Assembly (NCBI GenBank): GCA_964467155.1
Contig: CAYXNZ010000001.1
Coordinates: 4,070 to 68,069, forward strand
Length of the DNA: 64,000 nucleotides
Origin: an uncultured Gammaproteobacteria bacterium
Lineage (GTDB): Bacteria; Patescibacteriota; Patescibacteriia; Patescibacteriales; GWC2-42-12
Reading direction: 5' to 3'
Shown here piece by piece: positions 8,786 to 17,363 of the stretch (its first letter is position 1; each line of letters starts with the position of its first letter). The notes beneath the pieces are model-generated. The model worked only from the letters and a program-made list of their open reading frames with translations. It made no database searches and was not told the DNA's origin. The position numbers and the translations under genes were made by a program.

Positions 8786-8876
8786 TGTCATGCCGGACTA
8801 TGATCCGGCATCCAGGAGTGAGTAGTAGGAATATAAATTTTTTCATAGATTCCGGCTCGGAGGCCGGAATGACATT
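8786..8876. repeat. family-1 palindromic element, two-hairpin form
   Basis: tgtcatgccggactatgatccggcatccagg ... agattccggctcggaggccggaatgacat. The terminal inverted repeat is tgtcat/atgaca and each arm is itself a GC-rich hairpin. Confidence 0.8.
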
Positions 8877-8880
8877 AACA

Positions 8881-8909
8881 GAAAACACTGGTTTTACACC
8901 AGTGTTTTC
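8881..8909. terminator. bidirectional terminator between convergent uvrC and proS
   Basis: gaaaacactgg (8881-8891) pairs perfectly with ccagtgttttc (8899-8909). Confidence 0.65.
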
Positions 8910-8924
8910 TGTTATATAGGTATT

Positions 8925-10151
8925 TTATTTTAACAATGAGTTTAATTCAGTTGTTTTGATTATTTCAGCTTTCTTTTCACTTCTCTTTTTTATTTCAATA
9001 CCGCCAGCTTTCAGTGATTTGTCGCTTATGACTACTCGATAGGGTAGACCAATCAAATCAGCATCAGCAAATTTTTCTCCAGCGCTGGCCTCACAATCAT
9101 CATAGAGAACTTCAACGCCATCTTTCATTAAATTATTATAAATTTTTTCTGCTTCTTCATTTTGTTTAATGCTGATCAAATGGACTTTAAATGGCGCGAT
9201 TTCTTCTGGCCAAATAATACCAGCTTCATCGTGGTAGGTTTCAACGATAGTGCCCATCGCGCGACCAAGTCCAATGCCATAACAACCCATAACCAGTTCT
9301 TGCTTTTTGCCATTTTCATCTAAGACCGACAAATCAAACGGTTTGGAATATTTATTCATTAATTTAAAAATATTACCAACCTCAATCGCTTTTTCTTCGC
9401 GGAATTTTTTTCCACCACACTCTGGGCATTCATTTATTTCGTCTTTGATTTCTTTGTTGATAGCTGATTGGCATTTCTCACAAATATAAATTGTGTCTTC
9501 GCCGACTGGATTAACAGTTTGGAATTCATGTGAGTATTTACAAAAGGAGCCACCAGAGGCAAAAGTGTAATAAGTTTTTTCTTTCAAACCCATGCGTTCA
9601 AATATTTTGAAATAAGCTTCTTTAGCTTTTTGATAATAGTCGTCTAAATCTTCTTTGGTTAAGTGAAAAGAGTAAAGGTCTTTCATTAGGAATTCGCGTC
9701 CGCGTAAAATACCAGACTTTGATCTTAACTCCATGCGGAATTTATTTTGAAATTGATAAACATAAGTCGGTATATCCTTATAAGAGTTGATAAACTTTTT
9801 TGCCAAAGGCACAATGATTTCTTCGTGCGTCGGACCCAGAGCATATTCTTTGTTGCCAGAGTCTTTGACTTTGTATAAATCATCCATAGCGTCCCAACGT
9901 CCGGTTTTTTCCCAATTCTCTTTTGGTTGTAGAGTTGGCATGACGATTTCCTGTCCATCAATTTTATTTATTTCTTCGCGGATGACATTTTCTATTTTTT
10001 TGATAGTTAGGAGTCCCAATGGTAGGAGAGTATAGACTCCCGCCATCAGTTTATCAATAAAGCCAGCACGAATTAAAAGACGGGCATTTATACTAGTCTC
10101 GTCTTTTGGATTTTCTTTGGTTGTTTTCGTGAAAAGTTGTGATTGTTTCAT
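8925..10151 (-). CDS. proS: proline--tRNA ligase (short form, no INS editing domain, CxxC...CxxC insertion)
   Basis: It has class II motifs, a ProRS-like N-terminus (SQLFTKTTKENPKDETSINARLLIRAGFI), LRGREFLMKD, and an anticodon-binding C-terminus. A zinc-ribbon-like CEKCQS...CPECGG is present. Confidence 0.85.
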   Translation of the reverse strand: MKQSQLFTKTTKENPKDETSINARLLIRAGFIDKLMAGVYTLLPLGLLTIKKIENVIREEINKIDGQEIVMPTLQPKENWEKTGRWDAMDDLYKVKDSGNKEYALGPTHEEIIVPLAKKFINSYKDIPTYVYQFQNKFRMELRSKSGILRGREFLMKDLYSFHLTKEDLDDYYQKAKEAYFKIFERMGLKEKTYYTFASGGSFCKYSHEFQTVNPVGEDTIYICEKCQSAINKEIKDEINECPECGGKKFREEKAIEVGNIFKLMNKYSKPFDLSVLDENGKKQELVMGCYGIGLGRAMGTIVETYHDEAGIIWPEEIAPFKVHLISIKQNEEAEKIYNNLMKDGVEVLYDDCEASAGEKFADADLIGLPYRVVISDKSLKAGGIEIKKRSEKKAEIIKTTELNSLLK

Positions 10152-10275
10152 ATGTCTTAATTATATTTTAGAACGGCGAGTGTGTCAAAGAGGAAAAGTA
10201 AATAACAGTATAACATTAAAAATTATAAGCTGCCGCTTAGGCCTACTTTTTGTAACCAAAAAGTAGCAAAAAGTT

Positions 10276-10361
10276 TTGGGGTGCTTTATTCCCCGCCAGT
10301 CGGCGGGGTAAACGCTACTAAGCTCAGGCCTGTCCCGCAGTATTGCGGGAACGCACCCCAA
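10276..10361. repeat. cluster of GC-rich nested hairpins (REP-like)
   Basis: An outer stem ttggggtgc/gcaccccaa encloses hairpins ccccgcc-agt-ggcgggg and tcccgca-gtat-tgcggga. Another hairpin (ctactttttg/caaaaagtag) lies just upstream. Confidence 0.6.
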
Positions 10362-10448
10362 ACCCCATGAATATTTTTATACCAAAATTACTATAAAATT
10401 AAAATAAAAGAATTAAGTAAATTTTTATTAAAATAGTTTTTTTTATTT

Positions 10449-10472
10449 CTCTCCCTTCATTGAAGGGGGAGA
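10449..10472. repeat. CCCT/AGGG-type hairpin (family 4)
   Basis: tctcccttcattgaagggggaga is the same stem type as the hairpins at 15443-15515 and 15816-15900. Confidence 0.5.
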
Positions 10473-10688
10473 TAAAGAGGGGGTTGTTTCTGGTTGACAA
10501 ATAACTGGAAATATGTAAAAATAAAAGTGTAATTCAGAATGACACTTTTTAAGCCATTTTTACGCTAATATTCGTATAGGGGGTTTAAAAATTGTTATTC
10601 TTTGATAAAAAAGGATAACAAATTGTTCTTATAAAATCATTCCATAAGGGATGAAAAATATAAAAAAAAGGAGAGGGAGGGCAAAATC

Positions 10689-10823
10689 ATGATGCCTACA
10701 TATTTTAGTCTCAGAGATCTGAGAAGAGGACTGCCGAAATATTTCGTCAGTACAATTGTTGACCTTGGGAAACTTGTCGTTGTTGGAGTTTTATTCCTGC
10801 CGGCGATTTTTATCTTCAGATGA
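10689..10823 (+). CDS. small hydrophobic-tailed peptide (44 aa), absent from the ORF track
   Basis: MMPTYFSLRDLRRGLPKYFVSTIVDLGKLVVVGVLFLPAIFIFR*. It is preceded by AGGAGAGGGAGG (10669-10680) and sits directly upstream of the methyltransferase gene. Confidence 0.4.
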   Translation: MMPTYFSLRDLRRGLPKYFVSTIVDLGKLVVVGVLFLPAIFIFR

Positions 10824-10876
10824 AAGGTTAAAATCCTTTCGTAAACGAAAAAACAGAAAGAAAGGAGGTATCGGTT

Positions 10877-11836
10877 ATGTCGTCATTAAGAAAAGAAGTT
10901 CGATTGGATAAAAACGATAGAATTGTTTTGCGCATGGCGAGTCTAACATATGCCGATATCAAAAATCGGCAATGGTCCTTGGATACGCCAGCAGCAATAG
11001 AGCTGTTTTCTTCAATAGATAGAGATATTGTGAAGAAAATAAAATCCAGTTTTCTTTCTCGCAAGATAAGTGAGATAGATAAAAAAATTATTCTTGACTA
11101 TTTAACATCGAATTCTGATATCGCAAGAATAATTTACGAGGAACCCAGTTCAGCTGAGGCTTTCGAGTTTCTTTACAAGGAAGAGACCATTAATACTCCT
11201 ATAGATAAGTATTTTATAGAGAGTTTAGCTGGGCAGCACGTCACAAAGAGACTTGTTGCTTTAGAAAAAAATTTGCTTAAATATATAAGCAAATATTTTA
11301 ATGGGCGACGTGTGTTGGTGGATAATGTCTGTTCTGGTCCTGGACGCGACATGATTCGGATGCTACAAAATCATCCGGAGATTGCGTCAAAAGTGCACGT
11401 TAGAAATATTGATACAAATCAACGTGCTTTGGACATAGGGCAAAAGGCAGTTGAAGAGCTGGGTCTTTTTGACTCTTTTGAGTTTATTCATGGAGATTTT
11501 ACTAGAGTTAAACCCAGATCAGCTGACATCATTATCTTGGCCGGGGTTTTATGTACCATTCCTATGTTCCCGAGCATTAAATTGTTAAGAATTTTGCTCA
11601 GGTATTGTGGTGAGAAGGGCATTATTATCTACAGTACCAACCAGACGGTAATGGTAGAAAAAGATCCGTTAACAGATCTTTTTATGAGACTTAGCGGTTG
11701 GCGTATGGACTACAAAACCAATCAAGAGTCTCGAGAAGTTGGTGAGTTGGCTGGATGGGAATTTGTTGATCAGTTTTTTGACGATGGATTGCATTTTCAA
11801 TGCATGACTGTATGTCAAAAAAAATTGAATTTTTAG
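10877..11836 (+). CDS. class I SAM-dependent methyltransferase with a ~130-aa N-terminal extension
   Basis: Motif I-like VLVDNVCSGPGRD, an acidic loop (RNIDTN) and IILAGVL are present. A strong SD AAGGAGGT lies at 10862-10869. Confidence 0.6.
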   Translation: MSSLRKEVRLDKNDRIVLRMASLTYADIKNRQWSLDTPAAIELFSSIDRDIVKKIKSSFLSRKISEIDKKIILDYLTSNSDIARIIYEEPSSAEAFEFLYKEETINTPIDKYFIESLAGQHVTKRLVALEKNLLKYISKYFNGRRVLVDNVCSGPGRDMIRMLQNHPEIASKVHVRNIDTNQRALDIGQKAVEELGLFDSFEFIHGDFTRVKPRSADIIILAGVLCTIPMFPSIKLLRILLRYCGEKGIIIYSTNQTVMVEKDPLTDLFMRLSGWRMDYKTNQESREVGELAGWEFVDQFFDDGLHFQCMTVCQKKLNF

Positions 11837-11892
11837 GGGGTAGATAGTATAATAACAATGTAAGTTATTATATCGTTTACTCCCTATTTTTT

Positions 11893-14064
11893 ATGTCTTT
11901 AAATTTTTACATCGTTTCACATTTTGCGATCGGAACAATTGCTTTTTTCCTTGGTTTTTTAATATTAAAAAATAATTGGAAAAATATTATCAATTTAACA
12001 TATTTTTTGTTAAGTACCAGTATCGCGATTTGGGCAATTTCATACGGCATATGGCTACTATCCAGTAGTCAAGAGATTGCTTTGTTCTGGGCAAGGACTC
12101 TAAATTTTGGTTCTTCATTAATCCCTGTTTTTTATTTACATTGGATAATAAGTGTTTTAAAGAAAGATAATCGTAAAATTTTAACTTTTTATTATTTTTT
12201 TACTTTAGTTTTTTTAATTTTTGGGTATAGCAAAGTATTTATTTCTGGCACACAGCAAATATTGCAATTTTCGTTTTTTCCACAGGCAAATTGGTTGTAT
12301 GTTGTATGGCTAATTTTTGGTTGGGGTTTTGTTATCATTTATACTCAAATTTTATTATTAAAAGAAATATCAAAATCTAATGGAAACTATAGACTTCAAA
12401 TTATCTATATTTACATAGGTTCATTGATTGGTTTTGTAGGTGGGTCAACAAATCATTTATTGATGCTTGGCATCAATTGGTTTCCGCCCATAGGTAGTCC
12501 TCTTGTAGTGGCTTATCCTATAATTTTTGCTTATGCCATAATTAAACATCGTCTCATGGATATTAAATTAGTGATGAGACGGTCATCGGTTTTTTTAATG
12601 AGTTTGTCAATTGTTTTATTGATTGCGATTGGAGTTAAATATTTAGTGGCGATTTATTTTATTGAAGTGTCAGTGTTGCTTGATTTTTTGATTTTAATTG
12701 TCGCGGTTTATTATTTTCCAATACTCAGAAAATATTTTTACAAAGTAGCTAATAAATATTTATTTTCTTCAATGTATGATAGTCGCGAAGTGATTGCCGA
12801 GTTGTCAGAAAAATTGCGTTTTACGCTTGAGATTTCATCAATTTACAAATATATTTCTGAAACACTAGAGCATGCTTTTCATTCTACAGCTATTGGTGTT
12901 TTAATTTTTAATGAAAAAAAAGGTGAGTATGTTGTGAAACATAATCATGGTTTTGCTCTCAATGGTAATAAGTTTTTTGCTGGTGATAAAAAATTGTATA
13001 AGATGTTTATTGAAAAAAATAAATCAATTGTAACTGAAGAAATACGGCAAAGTAATTTACCTCTCGGCATTAGTGGCAATAAGACGATTAAGTTGTTAGA
13101 AAAAATGAAAGTAGATATTTTAACACCATTAAATATTAAAGACAGGACAATTGGTCTGATTGCTTTGGGTTCAAAAGAATCTCGTGATATGTATAATGAT
13201 GAGGATTTACAGGTTTTGGAAGTGATCGGGGCGCAGGCGGCGATTGCCATTGAAAATGCTATTTTGTATGAAGAACAAAAGAATTTTAATATTAAATTAG
13301 AAAAGGAAGTTGAAAAAGCAACCCATGATTTGAAGAAAGCTAATAAACAGTTAATTAAACTTGATGAAGCCAAGTCAGAGTTTATTTCTATTGCTTCACA
13401 TCAGCTTCGTACGCCGTTGACGGTGGTTAAGGGATATATTTCTATGATTCTGGAAAAGAATTTTGGCGAGGTAACGTCAAAGATGGGAGACCCACTGGAA
13501 AAAATATATGAATCAAATGACAGATTAATTAAATTAGTAGAGAATTTACTCAATGTTTCCCGCATTGAATCTGGTAGAATGCAATTTGAAGCACAGGATA
13601 TGCATTTAGAAGATTTGGTAGCTAGTGTGGCTGAAGAATTAACATCCACTGCGAAGAAGAAAAAAATTAAATTAATTTTGAAAAATTCTAAAAAGGTTTT
13701 GCCAAAAGTAAAGATTGATGAGGAAAAGATTAGACAGGTAGTAATGAATCTGATTGATAATGCCATTAAATATACCAAGGAAGGTAGTGTGACAGTTGAA
13801 GTTAAAAAGAGAGATGATAATATTAGATTTTGCGTGGCAGATTCTGGCATGGGAATTGATCCAAAAGATCAGATTAATTTATTTAAAAAATTTTATCGGG
13901 GCGAAGGTACAGTTCTGATACACACTGAAGGTACAGGTTTAGGATTATATGTTGCTCGCAATATGCTCACCATGCACAAAGGTAAGATTTGGGCAGAAAG
14001 TAAAGGGGTTGGTAAAGGCAGTAAGTTTTGTTTTGAGTTACCGATTGAGACAATTAAGAATTAG
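11893..14064 (+). CDS. sensor histidine kinase (7TM N-terminal domain, GAF, HisKA, HATPase_c), no adjacent response regulator
   Basis: It has multiple N-terminal TM helices, a GAF-like segment (IGLIALGSKE), an H-box SHQLRTPLT, an N-box NLIDNAIKYT, and G-boxes DSGMGI / GTGLGL. Confidence 0.9.
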   Translation: MSLNFYIVSHFAIGTIAFFLGFLILKNNWKNIINLTYFLLSTSIAIWAISYGIWLLSSSQEIALFWARTLNFGSSLIPVFYLHWIISVLKKDNRKILTFYYFFTLVFLIFGYSKVFISGTQQILQFSFFPQANWLYVVWLIFGWGFVIIYTQILLLKEISKSNGNYRLQIIYIYIGSLIGFVGGSTNHLLMLGINWFPPIGSPLVVAYPIIFAYAIIKHRLMDIKLVMRRSSVFLMSLSIVLLIAIGVKYLVAIYFIEVSVLLDFLILIVAVYYFPILRKYFYKVANKYLFSSMYDSREVIAELSEKLRFTLEISSIYKYISETLEHAFHSTAIGVLIFNEKKGEYVVKHNHGFALNGNKFFAGDKKLYKMFIEKNKSIVTEEIRQSNLPLGISGNKTIKLLEKMKVDILTPLNIKDRTIGLIALGSKESRDMYNDEDLQVLEVIGAQAAIAIENAILYEEQKNFNIKLEKEVEKATHDLKKANKQLIKLDEAKSEFISIASHQLRTPLTVVKGYISMILEKNFGEVTSKMGDPLEKIYESNDRLIKLVENLLNVSRIESGRMQFEAQDMHLEDLVASVAEELTSTAKKKKIKLILKNSKKVLPKVKIDEEKIRQVVMNLIDNAIKYTKEGSVTVEVKKRDDNIRFCVADSGMGIDPKDQINLFKKFYRGEGTVLIHTEGTGLGLYVARNMLTMHKGKIWAESKGVGKGSKFCFELPIETIKN

Positions 14065-14070
14065 AAATTA

Positions 14071-14104
14071 ACCCGCCTGCCAAGCAAGTTCGCGAGCGGG
14101 CAGG
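14071..14104. repeat. family-2 palindromic element just past the kinase stop codon
   Basis: acccgcctgccaagcaagttcgcgagcgggcagg is about 90% identical to 47589-47621 inside rsmA. It is flanked by a 13-nt direct repeat aattaagaattag (14052-14064 and 14106-14118). Confidence 0.75.
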
Positions 14105-14146
14105 AAATTAAGAATTAGGCGAGGATTATTCTCGTTTTTTTTATCC

Positions 14147-14300
14147 CCCCCCCTCCCTAACCCTCCCCCGCAATAAATTGCAGGAGAGGGAACTATATAT
14201 TTTTTTGAAATTATTTGATATCTATCTATTTTATATTATGCGTATTCCCTCTCCCGTGAGGAACGAGCGGGGGGGGGGTTAGGGAGGGGGGATCCAGAAA
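14147..14300. repeat. long GC-rich inverted-repeat element with an AT-rich core
   Basis: cccccccctccctaaccctcccccgc ... gcggggggggggttagggagggggg form arms of about 25 nt. Inner arms are aggagagggaa / ttccctctccc. The element ends in ggatccagaaaggaatgaca, resembling family-1 ends. Confidence 0.7.
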
Positions 14301-14381
14301 GGAATGACAGAAAATTATTCTATTTACTTTTTTTAAGATTTTTGCTAATCTAATGTAGATAAGAATTAAATATTTAAAACT

Positions 14382-15383
14382 ATGAAAAAAGCTATATTAT
14401 TGTCTTTGTCGGCAATCGTTGTGGTCGGGGTTGTTGGTTTTGGTTTAAGTAAAAGCATTGGCACAAAAGATATTATTGGTATAGACGAGGCAAGGGCCAA
14501 GACAGAAAAGTTTATTAATGAAAATTTACTGTCAAACGGAATGACAGTTGAAATTAAAGAAGTAAAAGATGAAGGTGATCTTTACAGTATTGCCTTAGTT
14601 GTTAGTGGTCAAGAATACACTTCGTATATAACAAAAGATGGTAAAAAGTTTTTTCAATCAGCTATTGATATCGAAGAAATTGAAAAAGCTAAACAAGCAG
14701 AAACAGGTAGTCAGTCACAGAATACACCAACAGTGGCTAGTAAAAGCGACAAACCAACAGTTGAATTATTTGTTATGAGTCATTGTCCTTACGGCACACA
14801 GATTGAAAAAGGTATTTTGCCAGTTGTGGAATTATTGCAAGACAAAATTAATTTTGAATTGAAATTTTGCGATTACGCTATGCATGGACAGACAGAATTA
14901 AATGAACAGTTAAATCAATATTGCATTCAGAAACAAAGTTCAGATAAATTACTCGCTTATTTGAATTGCTTTTTAGCCGATAGCGATGGACAAGACTGTT
15001 TAGTAAAAGCTGGTATTGATCAATCTGTTTTGAATAGTTGTGTTAGTCAAACTGATAGTCAATACAAGGTGACAGAGAGTTTTAAGGATAAGGACACCTG
15101 GAGAAAGAAAAAAAATGAAAAGGGGGAATGGGAACCCGCCTATCCGGTTTTTAATGTTTACCAAGCGGATAATGAAAAATATGGCATTCAAGGTTCACCT
15201 GGTTTAGTAATTAATGGTGTTTCAGTTTCAGCTAATCGTGATTCAGCCAGTTTATTGTCAGTAATTTGTTCAGCCTTTAATGAAGTTCCAGAAGTTTGTG
15301 GCGCTCAATTGTCAACTACTTCACCATCACCAGGGTTTGGTTTTGAAGGCAGTGGTAGTGATACAGCAGCTACTTGTAATTAA
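14382..15383 (+). CDS. secreted/membrane-anchored thioredoxin-fold protein with CPYG motif, cysteine-rich
   Basis: It has an N-terminal TM/signal segment. ELFVMSHCPYGTQ resembles a thioredoxin-fold active site with the second Cys replaced by Gly. Several further Cys are present. Confidence 0.5.
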   Translation: MKKAILLSLSAIVVVGVVGFGLSKSIGTKDIIGIDEARAKTEKFINENLLSNGMTVEIKEVKDEGDLYSIALVVSGQEYTSYITKDGKKFFQSAIDIEEIEKAKQAETGSQSQNTPTVASKSDKPTVELFVMSHCPYGTQIEKGILPVVELLQDKINFELKFCDYAMHGQTELNEQLNQYCIQKQSSDKLLAYLNCFLADSDGQDCLVKAGIDQSVLNSCVSQTDSQYKVTESFKDKDTWRKKKNEKGEWEPAYPVFNVYQADNEKYGIQGSPGLVINGVSVSANRDSASLLSVICSAFNEVPEVCGAQLSTTSPSPGFGFEGSGSDTAATCN

Positions 15384-15403
15384 ATTATATTTTTTTGAGA
15401 TAA

Positions 15404-15438
15404 AAAGAATTACAGAGTTAACTCTGTAATTCTTTTTG
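15404..15438 (+). terminator. rho-independent terminator
   Basis: aagaattacagagttaactctgtaattctt is a perfect palindrome followed by T residues. Confidence 0.8.
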
Positions 15439-15442
15439 TTTT

Positions 15443-15515
15443 AACCTCCCTCCCCCTCCTTTAGAAGGAGGGCACTATTTTTTGTCCCCCTTGCCAAGGG
15501 GGAGTGAGGGGGTTA
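15443..15515. repeat. family-4 CCCT/AGGG hairpin pair
   Basis: ccctcc-tttagaa-ggaggg and cccc-ttgccaa-gggg are enclosed by aacctccctccc / gggagtgagggggtt. Confidence 0.6.
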
Positions 15516-15571
15516 GTTTTACCTTTCTTACCTCACCAATTCGGCGGACGATTTTTGGTTTTAATCTATTC

Positions 15572-15734
15572 TGTCATCTCGAGAAGACTCATCCTTATAA
15601 AGGATGAGTTGACGAGAGATCTCTGAAATTAGTAAAAACGTAAATTATTGTAAATTGATTTTAAATAAACAAGTTGATTTAATGAGATCTTTCCTCGCCC
15701 GTCCTTTGTTAAGTCCGGGGTCGTCAAGATGACA
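15572..15734. repeat. family-1 long-form element (163 nt) with tgtcat/atgaca termini
   Basis: tgtcatctcgagaagact[hairpin]gacgagagatctct ... atctttcctcg[hairpin]tcgtcaagatgaca. Its end modules are shared with 18750-18927. Confidence 0.75.
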
Positions 15735-15815
15735 AATAAGGAATGTTAATATGGTTGCCGAGGGTTCTGGTTTTTGCTAAAATTAAATAATAAAGAATAA
15801 TGGTAGATGATAATT

Positions 15816-15900
15816 TCCCCTCTTTAATAAGGAGGGGATGAAGGGGAGGTAAACAACACGTAAAACCCCACCTCAATCCTCCCCTTAGTAAGGGGAGGAA
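15816..15900. repeat. family-4 CCCT/AGGG hairpin pair
   Basis: ttcccctc-tttaataa-ggagggga and tcctcccc-ttagtaa-ggggagga. Confidence 0.6.
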
Positions 15901-15939
15901 TAAATATTTTTATTATTTAGTTTAAATAATATTTGATTT

Positions 15940-16650
15940 ATGGCATTAATCTTTGATATTGAAACAATTGGTTATAAATTTGACGAAATGGACGAGACAA
16001 CTAAATCTAGTTTGACTCGTTGGATTAAGCGTGAAGCTGGAGATAATCAAAACAAATACAATGTTTTATTTGAAGACTTGAAAGAAGGATTAGGCTTTTC
16101 ACCTTTAACTGGTGAAATTGTAGCGATTGGTGTTTATGATACGGAAAAAGGTAAAGGTGTTGTCTATTATCAGTCTCCTGATATTACTAGCCAAGAATCT
16201 CGGCAGGAGAATTTTATCTTTAAACCAGTAACCGAAGCAGAGATGTTACAGAAATTTTGGCAAGGCGTTAGAAATTACCAAGAGTTCGTTAGTTTTAATG
16301 GGCGGTCATTTGACGCGCCTTTTTTAATGCTTCGTTCAGCTGTTCACAAGATTAAACCAACAGTTAATTTGATGGCTAGACGATATTTATCTTCATACCA
16401 ACAAGATATTCGACATATTGATTTGATGGATCAGTTGACATTTTATGGAGCAGTTAGGCGTCGAGGTAATCTACATTTGTATTGTCAAACTTTTGGTATT
16501 CAATCGCCGAAGGACAGAGGTATCACTGGCGATGATGTCCAACGACTATTTGAAGAAAAAAAATATCAGGAAATCGCTGAATATAATAGTTGGGATTTGA
16601 TTGCCACTTTTGAACTTTATCAAAAATGGTTAAAGTATGTTAAAATGTAG
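15940..16650 (+). CDS. RNase H-like 3'-5' exonuclease (PolB-exonuclease-related)
   Basis: The N-terminal FDIETIG (Exo I-like), FNGRSFDAPFL (Exo II-like) and a C-terminal YNSWD motif are present. Confidence 0.6.
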   Translation: MALIFDIETIGYKFDEMDETTKSSLTRWIKREAGDNQNKYNVLFEDLKEGLGFSPLTGEIVAIGVYDTEKGKGVVYYQSPDITSQESRQENFIFKPVTEAEMLQKFWQGVRNYQEFVSFNGRSFDAPFLMLRSAVHKIKPTVNLMARRYLSSYQQDIRHIDLMDQLTFYGAVRRRGNLHLYCQTFGIQSPKDRGITGDDVQRLFEEKKYQEIAEYNSWDLIATFELYQKWLKYVKM

Positions 16651-16656
16651 AAAGAT

Positions 16657-17205
16657 ATGGAAACAAAAAGAAAAAATTGTTATCGTTTTAAAATAACACT
16701 TATTGTTCTCAGTTTTATTTTGGGCGAGTTTTTAATTTGGTTTATTTTTGTCCGACCAGAAAGTTTCATTTGGTTGAATCAAAAAATTAGTCAAGGCACC
16801 TCGCCTTATGCGATTAGCAAGATTGATGATGGGAGAACAATCATTAGTCATGTAGTTAAAGGTTTTGAATATATTTTGCCGATTGGTTTTGAAACTCAAG
16901 AAGAACCAGTTTTAGTTTTAAATTACAAAGAAAATGGCAAAAATATCTGTCAAGTAATTAGTCGAGCGATTGATAATAAAAACGGTATTGAAAAATTAAA
17001 GCAAGAAAAAGAATCGTATCGCGAAATAGGTATTAACGGAACTGAAGCCATGGAAAGATTGCCAACAGCAGAAGATAGTTCTTATCACCTGGCAATCGGT
17101 GGTGATGGCTATTATATTGAATATAGTTTAACGGCTGAAGAAGAGAATCAAGCCAGATGCCGATATTTTCTTCAACAAATTGTAAAAAGCTTCAGAAAGC
17201 ACTAA
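16657..17205 (+). CDS. hypothetical membrane-anchored protein
   Basis: It has one N-terminal TM (ITLIVLSFILGEFLIWFIFV) and no recognisable motif. Confidence 0.45.
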   Translation: METKRKNCYRFKITLIVLSFILGEFLIWFIFVRPESFIWLNQKISQGTSPYAISKIDDGRTIISHVVKGFEYILPIGFETQEEPVLVLNYKENGKNICQVISRAIDNKNGIEKLKQEKESYREIGINGTEAMERLPTAEDSSYHLAIGGDGYYIEYSLTAEEENQARCRYFLQQIVKSFRKH

Positions 17206-17209
17206 GGAC

Positions 17210-17237
17210 TTGCATTTTTTCTTAAATTCTGTATAAT
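17210..17237 (+). promoter_or_regulatory. sigma70-type promoter TTGCAT-16-TATAAT for rpsA
   Basis: ttgcat lies at 17210-17215 and tataat at 17232-17237. This predicts a leader of about 120 nt containing hairpins. Confidence 0.5.
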
Positions 17238-17363
17238 ATAGAGACAATTTAATACACCTATAATAAATCTTTTGGTCCGCTAACAAGCGGTAGGTGGCCA
17301 AAAGGCTCCGTATATGGGGTTAGACAGTCTTTTTTTATTTTTTAAAATAGACTGAACAAAAAA

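Noticed and set aside
10276-10361. Possible tRNA: a 9-bp acceptor-like outer stem enclosing two hairpins
   Set aside because: The arms do not fit a cloverleaf. The first hairpin has a 7-bp stem and a 3-nt loop, and the second has a 4-nt loop. There is no T-loop GTTC or anticodon arm. The hairpins resemble the REP-like families instead.
14147-15900. CRISPR array suspected because of many short GC-rich repeats
   Set aside because: The repeats are palindromic units of several different sequences at irregular spacing. There is no constant repeat/spacer periodicity and no cas genes.
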